DNA of 64,000 nucleotides from Escherichia coli (GTDB lineage Bacteria; Pseudomonadota; Gammaproteobacteria; Enterobacterales; Enterobacteriaceae): NCBI RefSeq assembly GCF_024502345.1, contig NZ_JALDNN010000001.1; one strand, 5' to 3'. Shown piece by piece: positions 55,570 to 64,000 of this stretch (position 1 is its first letter; each line of letters starts with the position of its first letter). The notes under the pieces were generated by a model. It saw only the letters and a program-made list of their open reading frames with translations, ran no database searches and was not told where the DNA came from. The position numbers and the translations under genes were made by a program.

Positions 55570-57348
55570 ATGGAGCTTGCTACTACGCAGTCAGTATTGA
55601 TGCAAATTCAACCGACAATTCAGCGTTTTGCCAGAATGCTTGCCAGCGTTTTGCAGCTTGAGGTTGAGATCGTTGATGAAAACTTGTGTCGCGTCGCCGG
55701 AACGGGCGCGTATGGGAAGTTTCTTGGTCGCCAGTTGAGCGGCAACTCACGCCTGCTCCGCCACGTCCTGGAAACGAAAACTGAAAAAGTTGTGACACAG
55801 TCTCGCTTCGATCCCCTTTGCGAAGGTTGCGATAGTAAAGAAAATTGCCGCGAAAAAGCATTTCTGGGTACGCCTGTCATTTTACAGGATCGTTGTGTTG
55901 GGGTGATAAGTTTGATTGCCGTTACCCACGAGCAACAAGAGCATATCAGTGATAATTTACGCGAATTTTCTGATTATGTTCGCCATATATCCACCATTTT
56001 TGTTTCGAAACTTCTGGAGGATCAGGGGCCAGGAGATAACATCAGTAAAATATTCGCGACCATGATCGATAATATGGATCAGGGCGTATTAGTTGTTGAT
56101 GATGAAAGTCGGGTTCAGTTTGTTAATCAGACTGCCTTAAAAACACTTGGTGTTGTACAAAATAATATTATTGGGAAACCTATCCGTTTCAGACCATTAA
56201 CATTTGAGAGTAATTTTACTCATGGACATATGCAGCATATTGTTTCGTGGGACGATAAAAGTGAATTAATCATTGGTCAATTGCATAACATTCAGGGCCG
56301 ACAATTATTTTTAATGGCATTTCACCAATCGCATACCAGTTTTTCTGTAGCAAATGCACCTGATGAACCACATATTGAACAATTGGTTGGCGAGTGCCGT
56401 GTTATGCGGCAATTAAAACGACTCATTAGCCGTATTGCACCCAGCCCATCCAGCGTTATGGTGGTTGGTGAAAGTGGCACGGGTAAAGAAGTCGTCGCCC
56501 GAGCAATCCATAAGTTGAGCGGAAGACGGAATAAACCCTTTATTGCTATCAACTGTGCCGCGATTCCGGAGCAGCTTCTGGAAAGCGAACTGTTCGGTTA
56601 TGTTAAAGGCGCATTTACTGGCGCTTCTGCCAACGGTAAAACAGGGTTGATTCAGGCGGCGAATACGGGCACGCTGTTTCTCGATGAAATAGGTGATATG
56701 CCATTAATGTTGCAGGCTAAATTACTGCGCGCTATTGAGGCGCGTGAAATTCTGCCGATTGGTGCCAGTAGCCCAATACAAGTCGACATTCGCATCATTT
56801 CTGCAACTAATCAGAATTTGGCCCAGTTCATTGCCGAAGGTAAATTCCGCGAAGATCTCTTCTACCGACTTAATGTTATCCCGATAACTCTGCCACCGCT
56901 GCGTGAACGTCAGGAAGATATTGAACTATTGGTGCATTACTTTTTACATCTGCATACCCGTCGTCTGGGATCGGTTTATCCTGGCATTGCTCCCGATGTC
57001 GTCGAAATATTGCGTAAGCATCGTTGGCCCGGAAACCTGCGCGAGTTAAGCAATTTGATGGAATATCTGGTTAACGTAGTTCCTTCAGGTGAAGTTATCG
57101 ACAGCACGCTATTGCCGCCAAATCTGCTGAATAATGGCACAACGGAGCAAAGTGATGTAACAGAGGTCAGTGAGGCGCACCTGTCACTCGATGATGCGGG
57201 CGGCACGGCGCTGGAGGAGATGGAAAAGCAAATGATCCGCGAGGCGCTTTCACGTCATAACAGCAAGAAGCAAGTTGCTGATGAACTGGGCATCGGCATT
57301 GCTACGCTCTATCGCAAGATTAAGAAATATGAGTTGTTAAACACATAA
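55570..57348 (+). CDS. ygeV: sigma-54-dependent transcriptional activator (bacterial enhancer-binding protein)
   Basis: 592 aa; AAA+ domain with GESGTGKE Walker A and the GAFTGA sigma-54 contact motif (GYVKGAFTGA); C-terminal HTH. Confidence 0.92.
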   Translation: MELATTQSVLMQIQPTIQRFARMLASVLQLEVEIVDENLCRVAGTGAYGKFLGRQLSGNSRLLRHVLETKTEKVVTQSRFDPLCEGCDSKENCREKAFLGTPVILQDRCVGVISLIAVTHEQQEHISDNLREFSDYVRHISTIFVSKLLEDQGPGDNISKIFATMIDNMDQGVLVVDDESRVQFVNQTALKTLGVVQNNIIGKPIRFRPLTFESNFTHGHMQHIVSWDDKSELIIGQLHNIQGRQLFLMAFHQSHTSFSVANAPDEPHIEQLVGECRVMRQLKRLISRIAPSPSSVMVVGESGTGKEVVARAIHKLSGRRNKPFIAINCAAIPEQLLESELFGYVKGAFTGASANGKTGLIQAANTGTLFLDEIGDMPLMLQAKLLRAIEAREILPIGASSPIQVDIRIISATNQNLAQFIAEGKFREDLFYRLNVIPITLPPLRERQEDIELLVHYFLHLHTRRLGSVYPGIAPDVVEILRKHRWPGNLRELSNLMEYLVNVVPSGEVIDSTLLPPNLLNNGTTEQSDVTEVSEAHLSLDDAGGTALEEMEKQMIREALSRHNSKKQVADELGIGIATLYRKIKKYELLNT

Positions 57349-57387
57349 CCTCAGTGAATCCGGCCTGAATTCAGGCCGGATATCCTT

Positions 57388-57867
57388 TTACTTCGTTTTC
57401 TCGCAATCCAGAACTGTATTTACAATCATCTGATACCCCGTGCAGCGACAAAGATTTCCCGCCAGTCCGCGACGAATTTCCGTAATGGTTAATGGCTTCT
57501 CGCGTGGTTTCGCCAGCATTGCCGTGGTAGCCATAATCAGGCCAGGCGTACAAAACCCGCACTGCACTGCGCCGGATTTCGCATAAGCCTGCTGAACATG
57601 AGAAAGTTTTCCGCCTTTCGCTTCACCTTCCAGCGTGCGGATCTCTTTTCCTTCAGCCCAGGCGGCAAGGTATAAGCAACTGTCTATTGCTGTGCCGTCG
57701 ACCAACACCGTACAGGCACCACATTCACCCACGCAGCACCCTTGTTTGACACTTAGCAGTCCTTGTTCGCGGAGTAATTCCGAGAGCGGCGTGCCTGGTG
57801 CGGCGTGAAGCTGAAAAGGCATCCCGTTAATGGTGCATTCGATGGTAATTGTTTCGCTGTGATTCAT
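57388..57867 (-). CDS. xdhC: xanthine dehydrogenase 2Fe-2S subunit
   Basis: 159 aa; two [2Fe-2S] Cys motifs ([11 protein letters not shown] and CGFCTPG). Confidence 0.92.
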
Positions 57868-58742
57868 TGCAATTTTCCCCCCGCCGCGGCGACGGCTTCG
57901 CTAATCACTTTTTTGGTCATCGTCTGGATGAGATGCAGACGAAACTCTTTACTGGCCCGCCATGAAGAACGCGGGGCGACATCTTGCAGGACAGATTCGC
58001 TGATAGCTTCCAGCGTTTGCAGGTTTAATGGCGCATTTTGTGCAGTCTGTTCGGCATGTTGGCAGCGAATCGGCGTTGGCGCGGCAACACCAAATGCCAG
58101 GCGTAATTCGCTGAAATTGTCGTTATCCAGTCGGCAATGTGCGGCGCAGCCAATCGTTGAAATATCCATTGCGTCGCGCATGGCATATTTAAAATGCGCG
58201 CTGCCCGCGTGTTCTTTCGGCTGTGGCGGAAAATGAAAGGCGACGAGGATTTCGTCATGCTCAAGAGACACTTTGCCCGGCCCGGTGTGAAAGCCATTAA
58301 TCGGGACGAAACGAACACCGCGCGGGGAGTGGATCTCCAGTTTCGCGTCATAAATTAGCGTTGGCGTGGCAGAATCTGCGCTGGTGGCACCGTTGCAAAT
58401 ATTTCCACCGTAGGTAGCGACGTTACGGATCTGCGGTCCAGCAATGGACGTGGCCGCAGCACATAACGCCGGGAGATGACGTTGAGTTATAGGATCTTCT
58501 ATTAGCTGGGTAAATGTCGTTGCAGAGCCGATACGTAGCGAGCCATCTTCCGCCAGCGTAATTCCCCGCAGCTCCGCCAGATTATGAATATCAACAATAT
58601 GGCGATAACGGTCATTGTGATGGTGGAGCTGAATCAGTACGTCAGTGCCACCGGCGAGCAGTTTGGCCTGCGGGTTGTCAGCCAGCAGGTTGATGGCATC
58701 GGCAAGGGTTGCTGCGCGATGGTAAGAAGCAAAATCAAACAT
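57864..58742 (-). CDS. xdhB: xanthine dehydrogenase FAD-binding subunit
   Basis: 292 aa; CO dehydrogenase flavoprotein-like (LLAGGTDVL); overlaps the xdhC start by 4 nt. Confidence 0.92.
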
Positions 58743-58752
58743 GATGTTATCC

Positions 58753-61011
58753 TCAAATCAATCCTGCCAGATGGAACTCTTCATATAACCGTTTTGGCGT
58801 CAGCGGCAGTGTATTGATTGCAACACCGGTAGCCATCTTCACCGCGTTACGAATAGCAGCGGCAACAGGAATTATTGGTGGCTCACCCAGTGACTTATGT
58901 CCGTATGCGGATTGCGGCTCATTGATTTCGACGAACGCGCTTTCCAGTTGTGGCAGATCCGGCATGGTCGGCATTTTGTAATCCAGCAGATTGGGGTTAC
59001 GGACCACGCCGCTTTTAGCATCGATGATCATCTCTTCAAATAGCGCCCAGCCAATGCCCATTCCCATTCCGCCGTGTACCTGACCTTCTGCCAGCAGTGG
59101 ATTAAGAATATGCCCTGAATCATGAACGTTGAGGATGCGGTTGATGGTGACTTTGCACAGCGCAATATCGACCGTCAGATCAACAAAGGTACAGCCAAAC
59201 GCCGGTGGGTTAGTGGTGGTTTTGATGGAGCTTTCAGCAGAGAGCTGCCCGCCGCGTTCAGGGTGGTAGAAAGCGTCCATCGCCAAATCTTTTAACGACA
59301 TTAACGGCTCTTCCGGTCGTTCAACCAGCACGATATGGCCTTTTATCAGGGTCAGATTCATCGCTGACTGATGTAGCATGACTGCGGCGTGAGCGATGAT
59401 TTTCTCTTTTAATAATAGTGCCGCACTGCGCAGCGCAGGCGCGGCAACATAGCTCTGGCGTGAGGCAAATGCGCCGGGATCGAACGGCGTAACGTCGGTA
59501 TCTTGAGTTGAAATAACGCGAACGTCGCTGACCGGAACCCCCACGGTTTCTGCCACCATTTGCGAGAAGACGGTGTCGGCACCCTGACCGATTTCCGTCG
59601 CGCCGCTTTGCACGTTGATGGTTCCATCCTGATTCATCAGAAGGCGCGCGCCTGCTATTTCTACGCCGACAGGCCAGGTGTTAGAGGTGTAGCTAAAACA
59701 GGCGACGCCAACGCCGCGGCGCAAATTGCCTTGCTGGTTCTGGCATTCTGCACGGCGTTTTTCCCATTCAAAGATTTTCCGGCCTTTTTCAAGACACTCC
59801 GGCAACCCTGCGCTGTAAATACGTTTGCCCGTGAGCGGATTAGCATCTCCTTCGCGGGCGGCGTTGCGTAAACGAATTTCAACAGGATCAATACCTAACG
59901 CTGTCGCGGCGTCATCAAGCATAGACTCAACGGCAAATACGACTTGTGGCGCGCCATAACCACGCATCGCACCAGCCGAGGGGAGGTTGGTATAGCAGGT
60001 CTTTGAACTGTAAGCGTAGGCACAACGAGGATAAAGGTAAGCGACTTTATTCCCCCCCGCAGAAGCGATGGAGTGCCCGTGAGATGCATAAGCGCCGGTG
60101 TTAGACAGAACATCCAGACTATAACCTTTCAATGTTCCGTCGCGGTTCACGCCCATTTGCCCGTCAATGGTAAAAGCGTGGCGGGTACGGGTTGCGAGGA
60201 AACACTCTTCACGGCTAAGGGAAACTTTCACCGGAATGCCGCCAAGCTTGCTGGTCAGGAATGCCGCCATTGGCTCTTCCAGTACATCCTGTTTATTACC
60301 AAAACCGCCACCGACAAATGGTTTGATGACTCGTACGCATGACCAGGGAATATCCAGCGCCTGACCAACCACGCGGCGAACAATGTGCGGGATCTGGGTG
60401 CTGGAAACGATGGTAATTCGCGAGTCATCCTCCATCCACGCCAGCGATGTTACGCTTTCCATGTGACAATGTTGAATAACGGGGGTCTGATAGTGCCCCT
60501 GTACCTGGTAGTCGGCGGCATCGATTGTTTGTTGGACATTACCCGTCGACATCGTGCTTTGTTTCAGTAAATTGCCACCGTTATGGATTGGTGCAGCGTC
60601 TTCTGCCAGCGCCGCTTCTGGCGTGGTGATAACGGGTAATTCTTGCCACTCAATGCTGACCAATTGCGCCGCTTTTTCTGCCGTGAGTTCATCGCGGGCC
60701 ACGACGATGGCAACGGCGTCACCATGATGACGAACATGGCGAGTTAGCAGTGCGCGATCGGCGGTATCGCGCTTGTTTTCGTCAAGTGTCCAGGCATGCC
60801 CAGCTGTAGCGAATGGAATATCAGGCACATCTTCCCAGGTAAAAATCGCCAGTACGCCCGGCAAACTTCTGGCTTGTTCATCATTAATACTTACGGCATA
60901 ACCATGTGCGATAGGGCTACGTACATATTTCGCATAACACATGCCCGCCATAACATAATCGTCAGTATATCGTGCCCGCCCGGTGACCTTAGCAATGGCA
61001 TCGACGCGCAT
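58753..61011 (-). CDS. xdhA: xanthine dehydrogenase molybdenum-binding subunit
   Basis: ORF 58753..61050; start at MRVDAIAKVTGRARYTDDY (complement of 61009-61011); 752 aa. Confidence 0.92.
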   Translation of the reverse strand: MRVDAIAKVTGRARYTDDYVMAGMCYAKYVRSPIAHGYAVSINDEQARSLPGVLAIFTWEDVPDIPFATAGHAWTLDENKRDTADRALLTRHVRHHGDAVAIVVARDELTAEKAAQLVSIEWQELPVITTPEAALAEDAAPIHNGGNLLKQSTMSTGNVQQTIDAADYQVQGHYQTPVIQHCHMESVTSLAWMEDDSRITIVSSTQIPHIVRRVVGQALDIPWSCVRVIKPFVGGGFGNKQDVLEEPMAAFLTSKLGGIPVKVSLSREECFLATRTRHAFTIDGQMGVNRDGTLKGYSLDVLSNTGAYASHGHSIASAGGNKVAYLYPRCAYAYSSKTCYTNLPSAGAMRGYGAPQVVFAVESMLDDAATALGIDPVEIRLRNAAREGDANPLTGKRIYSAGLPECLEKGRKIFEWEKRRAECQNQQGNLRRGVGVACFSYTSNTWPVGVEIAGARLLMNQDGTINVQSGATEIGQGADTVFSQMVAETVGVPVSDVRVISTQDTDVTPFDPGAFASRQSYVAAPALRSAALLLKEKIIAHAAVMLHQSAMNLTLIKGHIVLVERPEEPLMSLKDLAMDAFYHPERGGQLSAESSIKTTTNPPAFGCTFVDLTVDIALCKVTINRILNVHDSGHILNPLLAEGQVHGGMGMGIGWALFEEMIIDAKSGVVRNPNLLDYKMPTMPDLPQLESAFVEINEPQSAYGHKSLGEPPIIPVAAAIRNAVKMATGVAINTLPLTPKRLYEEFHLAGLI

Positions 61012-61105
61012 GCATGATTCACCCGTAGCGGTTGCTTCCCGCGCTTCCATAGAAATCCCCTCGATTTGAACATTTGGTTCTTATGGCAAAGATTTAGTCT
61101 AAGCA

Positions 61106-61122
61106 GGCAAGATTTACGCCAG
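61106..61122 (-). promoter_or_regulatory. candidate sigma-54 promoter for xdhABC
   Basis: Minus-strand read: TGGCGT-aaatc-TTGCC with correct GG-N10-GC spacing, about 95 nt upstream of the xdhA start. Confidence 0.4.
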
Positions 61123-61464
61123 AAACGACGATAAGCGTTAGGGGAGGTAGGAAGTGTGATGACGTTAAAAAAACACAGATATGATACGAAACAGGACTCT
61201 GAATAGGGGCAGTGATACGTATCAATATGAGTGGCGATAAAATCAATGTGATAAATTGGGATTATTACGCATCAGGATGGGAAATAGGGTAAAAAGTCAG
61301 GAACTTCGATACCTCTACAGCGAATATTTTGCTGATGATACTTCCCTTTGCCAAATGAAATTAACCTCTTTCTCTATTACCACGTTTTTCCAGAAGCAAG
61401 AGATTGGGTATCAAGAGGCTGGCTGCTATGATAAGGCGTCTTGTTTTTTAAGCGAGGAAAGATT

Positions 61465-62220
61465 TTGAGTGCGGGACGCCTGAATAAAAAATCTCTGGGT
61501 ATCGTGATGTTGTTATCGGTTGGACTGCTTTTGGCGGGCTGTTCGGGTAGCAAATCATCCGATACAGGAACGTATTCCGGCTCCGTTTACACCGTGAAAC
61601 GGGGGGATACGCTATATCGTATTTCGCGCACCACGGGAACCAGCGTAAAAGAACTGGCGCGACTGAACGGCATTTCCCCCCCTTACACCATTGAAGTTGG
61701 TCAGAAACTAAAACTGGGTGGGGCGAAAAGTAGCAGTAGTACACGTAAATCAACCGCCAAATCAACGACCAAAACCGCATCGGTTACACCGTCATCAGCG
61801 GTACCGAAATCTTCCTGGCCGCCAGTAGGGCAACGTTGTTGGTTATGGCCAACGACAGGGAAAGTTATCATGCCGTATTCGACAGCAGATGGCGGCAATA
61901 AAGGGATTGATATCTCAGCTCCACGGGGTACACCTATTTACGCCGCGGGTGCAGGAAAGGTGGTGTATGTGGGCAACCAGCTGCGTGGCTACGGTAATCT
62001 CATCATGATTAAACACAGTGAAGATTACATTACGGCTTACGCCCATAATGACACGATGCTGGTAAATAATGGGCAAAGCGTGAAGGCTGGGCAAAAAATC
62101 GCCACTATGGGGAGCACGGATGCGGCATCTGTTCGCCTGCATTTCCAGATTCGTTACCGTGCAACGGCAATTGATCCGCTACGTTACTTGCCGCCGCAGG
62201 GCAGCAAGCCAAAATGCTGA
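61465..62220 (+). CDS. ygeR: LysM/M23-peptidase-family lipoprotein
   Basis: ORF 61441..62220; likely TTG start at 61465 (MSAGRLNKKSLGIVMLLSVGLLLAGCSG lipobox); LysM (YTVKRGDTLYRIS) and C-terminal M23 domain; 251 aa. Confidence 0.88.
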   Translation: MSAGRLNKKSLGIVMLLSVGLLLAGCSGSKSSDTGTYSGSVYTVKRGDTLYRISRTTGTSVKELARLNGISPPYTIEVGQKLKLGGAKSSSSTRKSTAKSTTKTASVTPSSAVPKSSWPPVGQRCWLWPTTGKVIMPYSTADGGNKGIDISAPRGTPIYAAGAGKVVYVGNQLRGYGNLIMIKHSEDYITAYAHNDTMLVNNGQSVKAGQKIATMGSTDAASVRLHFQIRYRATAIDPLRYLPPQGSKPKC

Positions 62221-62298
62221 TGGCGAATTAATCAGCAGTCAGCAGCGCGGCACTTGCTAAGGAGAGCGTAAGGTTTATAATGCCTTACGCATCTCGAA

Positions 62299-62372
62299 GC
62301 GGGCGTAGTTCAATGGTAGAACGAGAGCTTCCCAAGCTCTATACGAGGGTTCGATTCCCTTCGCCCGCTCCA
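62299..62372 (+). tRNA. glyU: tRNA-Gly (anticodon CCC)
   Basis: GCGGGCGUAGUUCAAUGGUAGAACGAGAGCUUCCCAAGCUCUAUACGAGGGUUCGAUUCCCUUCGCCCGCUCCA; cloverleaf with CCC anticodon and encoded CCA end. Confidence 0.95.
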
Positions 62373-62563
62373 ATTTATCTTCACCTGATCAATCTGCCAT
62401 TTTTGCTGTATCTGATTTTCTATATTATCTTAATTCAATCGCTTCAGGCTTTTCGCAATCGCTGTAACACTTCCCCATTTTTTTGTAAATAAAAAGCGTT
62501 TACGCAATGCAATCCTTTTGTAACAACCCAGGTAAAACACCTTATTTTCAAGTTGTTAAATAA

Positions 62564-63139
62564 GTGGTTATCTACGCTTTTAACAAACGATTGATGGAAT
62601 ATTTTATGAAAGGGAAATCTGCATTAACTCTTCTGCTCGCTGGTATATTTTCGTGCGGCACATGCCAGGCGACAGGGGCAGAAGTGACGAGTGAATCTGT
62701 ATTTAACATTCTTAATTCCACGGGGCAGCAACAGATAAAAGTTATTTATCGTTAAATCCAGATAAGTACCCTAATTATCGTCTTCTGATTCACTCAGCCA
62801 AATTAAAAAATGAAATAAAGAGCCACTATACCAAAGACGAAATTCAAGGGTTGTTAACATTAACAGAAAACACACGAAAGTTAACGTTGACGGAGAAACC
62901 CTGGGGAACATTTATTCTTGCTTCTACTTTCGAAGATGACAAAACAGCGGCAGAAACCCACTATGATGGTGTCTGGCTGAGGGATAGTTTATGGGGCTAT
63001 ATGGCATTAGTATCAGATCAGGGAAATAGTGTAGCCGCAAAAAAGGTTCTGCTCACCCTGTGGGATTATATGTCTACGCCCGACCAGATTAAGCGGATGC
63101 AGGACGTCATTAGCAACCCCAAACGACTGGATGGAGTTC
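62564..63139 (+). pseudogene. ygeQ-like low-GC gene remnant: signal-peptide ORF plus out-of-frame continuation, cut at its 3' end by IS3
   Basis: ORF 62564..62755 (signal-peptide-like MKGKSALTLLLAGIFSCGTCQA) and ORF 62851..63156 (contains HYDGVWLRDSLWGY) lie in different frames; the second reads straight into the IS3 terminal repeat; locally AT-rich. Confidence 0.5.
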
Positions 63140-64000
63140 TGATCCTACCCACGTAATATGGACACAGGCCTAAGCGAGGTTCTGGTTTTCAAATTGTTCC
63201 GGACTGAGGCCGCCACACCAACTGTGCCGCCGCCACCGATTGTAATCACATTCGATATAATTAAACACCGTTGCCCGCATTATTTCCCGGCTGATAAAGT
63301 GTTCTCCATGGATACATTCCACTTTCAGCGAATGAAAGAAGCTTTCCACGCAGGCATTATCGTAGCAGCAACCTTTTGCGCTCATACTTCCACGCAGATT
63401 ATGCCGCTTCAGTTGCGCCTGATAATCTGCTGAACAGTACTGGCCTCCACGGTCCGTGTGAACGATAACGTTCCGGGGCCTCTTACGCCGCCACAGCGCC
63501 ATCTGCAGGGCATCGCAGGCCAGTTGCGCCGTCATGCGTGGCGACATTGACCAGCCAATAACGGCACGTGACCACAGGTCAATGACCACTGCCAGATACA
63601 GCCAGCCTTCATCTGTACGTAAGTACGTGATGTCTCCTGCCCACTTCTGGTTCGGGCCACTGGCGTAAAAATCCTGCTCCAACAGATTTTCTGACACAGG
63701 CAGGCCGTGTGCGCGGTAGCTGACCGGGCTGAACTTCCGGGAGGCCTTTGCCCTCAGTCCCTGACGGCGCAGGCTTGCCGCCACGGTTTTTACGTTAAAG
63801 GGGTAACCCTGAGCACGCAGTTCATCCGTCAGGCGTGGGGCACCGTAACGCTGTTTTGACCGGGTAAAAGCCGCGAGGACAACGCTGTCGCAGTGTTGGC
63901 GGAACTGCTGACGCGTGCTTATCCTTGTCCGCCGCTGACACCACGTATACCAGCCGCTGCGGGCCACCCGGAGCACGCGGCACATTGCTTTGATGCTGAA
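63140..64000 (-). mobile_element. IS3 insertion sequence, partial (one end at 63140; element continues past the window end)
   Basis: Terminal sequence TGATCCTACCCACGTAATATGGACACAGGCC begins at 63140; the transposase OrfB stop lies about 30 nt inside the end. Confidence 0.85.
63170..64000 (-). CDS. insF: IS3 transposase OrfB (InsF, DDE integrase), N-terminus outside the window
   Basis: ORF 63170..63985 ...[37 protein letters not shown]...[10 protein letters not shown]...HTDRGGQY...; matches IS3 InsF; frame stays open to the window edge. Confidence 0.9.
   Translation of the reverse strand, partial: FSIKAMCRVLRVARSGWYTWCQRRTRISTRQQFRQHCDSVVLAAFTRSKQRYGAPRLTDELRAQGYPFNVKTVAASLRRQGLRAKASRKFSPVSYRAHGLPVSENLLEQDFYASGPNQKWAGDITYLRTDEGWLYLAVVIDLWSRAVIGWSMSPRMTAQLACDALQMALWRRKRPRNVIVHTDRGGQYCSADYQAQLKRHNLRGSMSAKGCCYDNACVESFFHSLKVECIHGEHFISREIMRATVFNYIECDYNRWRRHSWCGGLSPEQFENQNLA

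Noticed and set aside
62280-62492. 70-aa ORF overlapping the tRNA-Gly gene
   Set aside because: It is translation straight across the glyU tRNA sequence; there is no RBS and the tRNA call is unambiguous.

Overview
This 64 kb window reads as an Escherichia coli chromosomal segment, gene-for-gene colinear with the K-12 region scpA–argP–rpiA–serA … glyU, in reverse orientation to the usual K-12 numbering. Gene names come from reading the translations against remembered protein families; no database search was run. Left to right it contains: scpA (start only), argP, rpiA, serA, a serA–fau intergenic region with two tandem Ibs/Sib-type toxin–antisense RNA repeats, fau, 6S RNA (ssrS), zapA, ygfB-pepP-ubiH-ubiI, gcvTHP, ygfF, bglA, yqfB (frameshifted here), yqfA, ygfZ, sdhE-ygfX, fldB, xerD-dsbC-recJ, prfB (programmed +1 frameshift), lysS, idi, and then the large purine-salvage and cryptic selenium/molybdenum hydroxylase cluster (uacT, ygfT-ygfS, ghxQ-guaD-xanQ, xdhD-ygfM-ssnA-ygfK, mocA, yqeC-yqeB, yqeA-hyuA-ygeY-ygeX-ygeW, ygeV, xdhABC), followed by ygeR, tRNA-Gly (glyU), a low-GC ygeQ-like pseudogene remnant and a partial IS3 element at the window edge. 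I found no CRISPR array, phage or defence island, and no inserted block of unrecognisable genes. The points most worth a second look are: (1) the tandem Ibs/Sib repeats with two variant toxin peptides; (2) a 1-nt homopolymer frameshift splitting yqfB; (3) candidate sigma-54 promoters in front of ygeW, ygfK and xdhA, next to the sigma-54 activator gene ygeV; (4) an IS3 end abutting and truncating the ygeQ-like ORF beside glyU; and (5) the still incompletely characterised Se/Mo hydroxylase–carbamoyltransferase–hydantoinase cluster itself. All coordinates were derived by hand from the sequence and ORF track.
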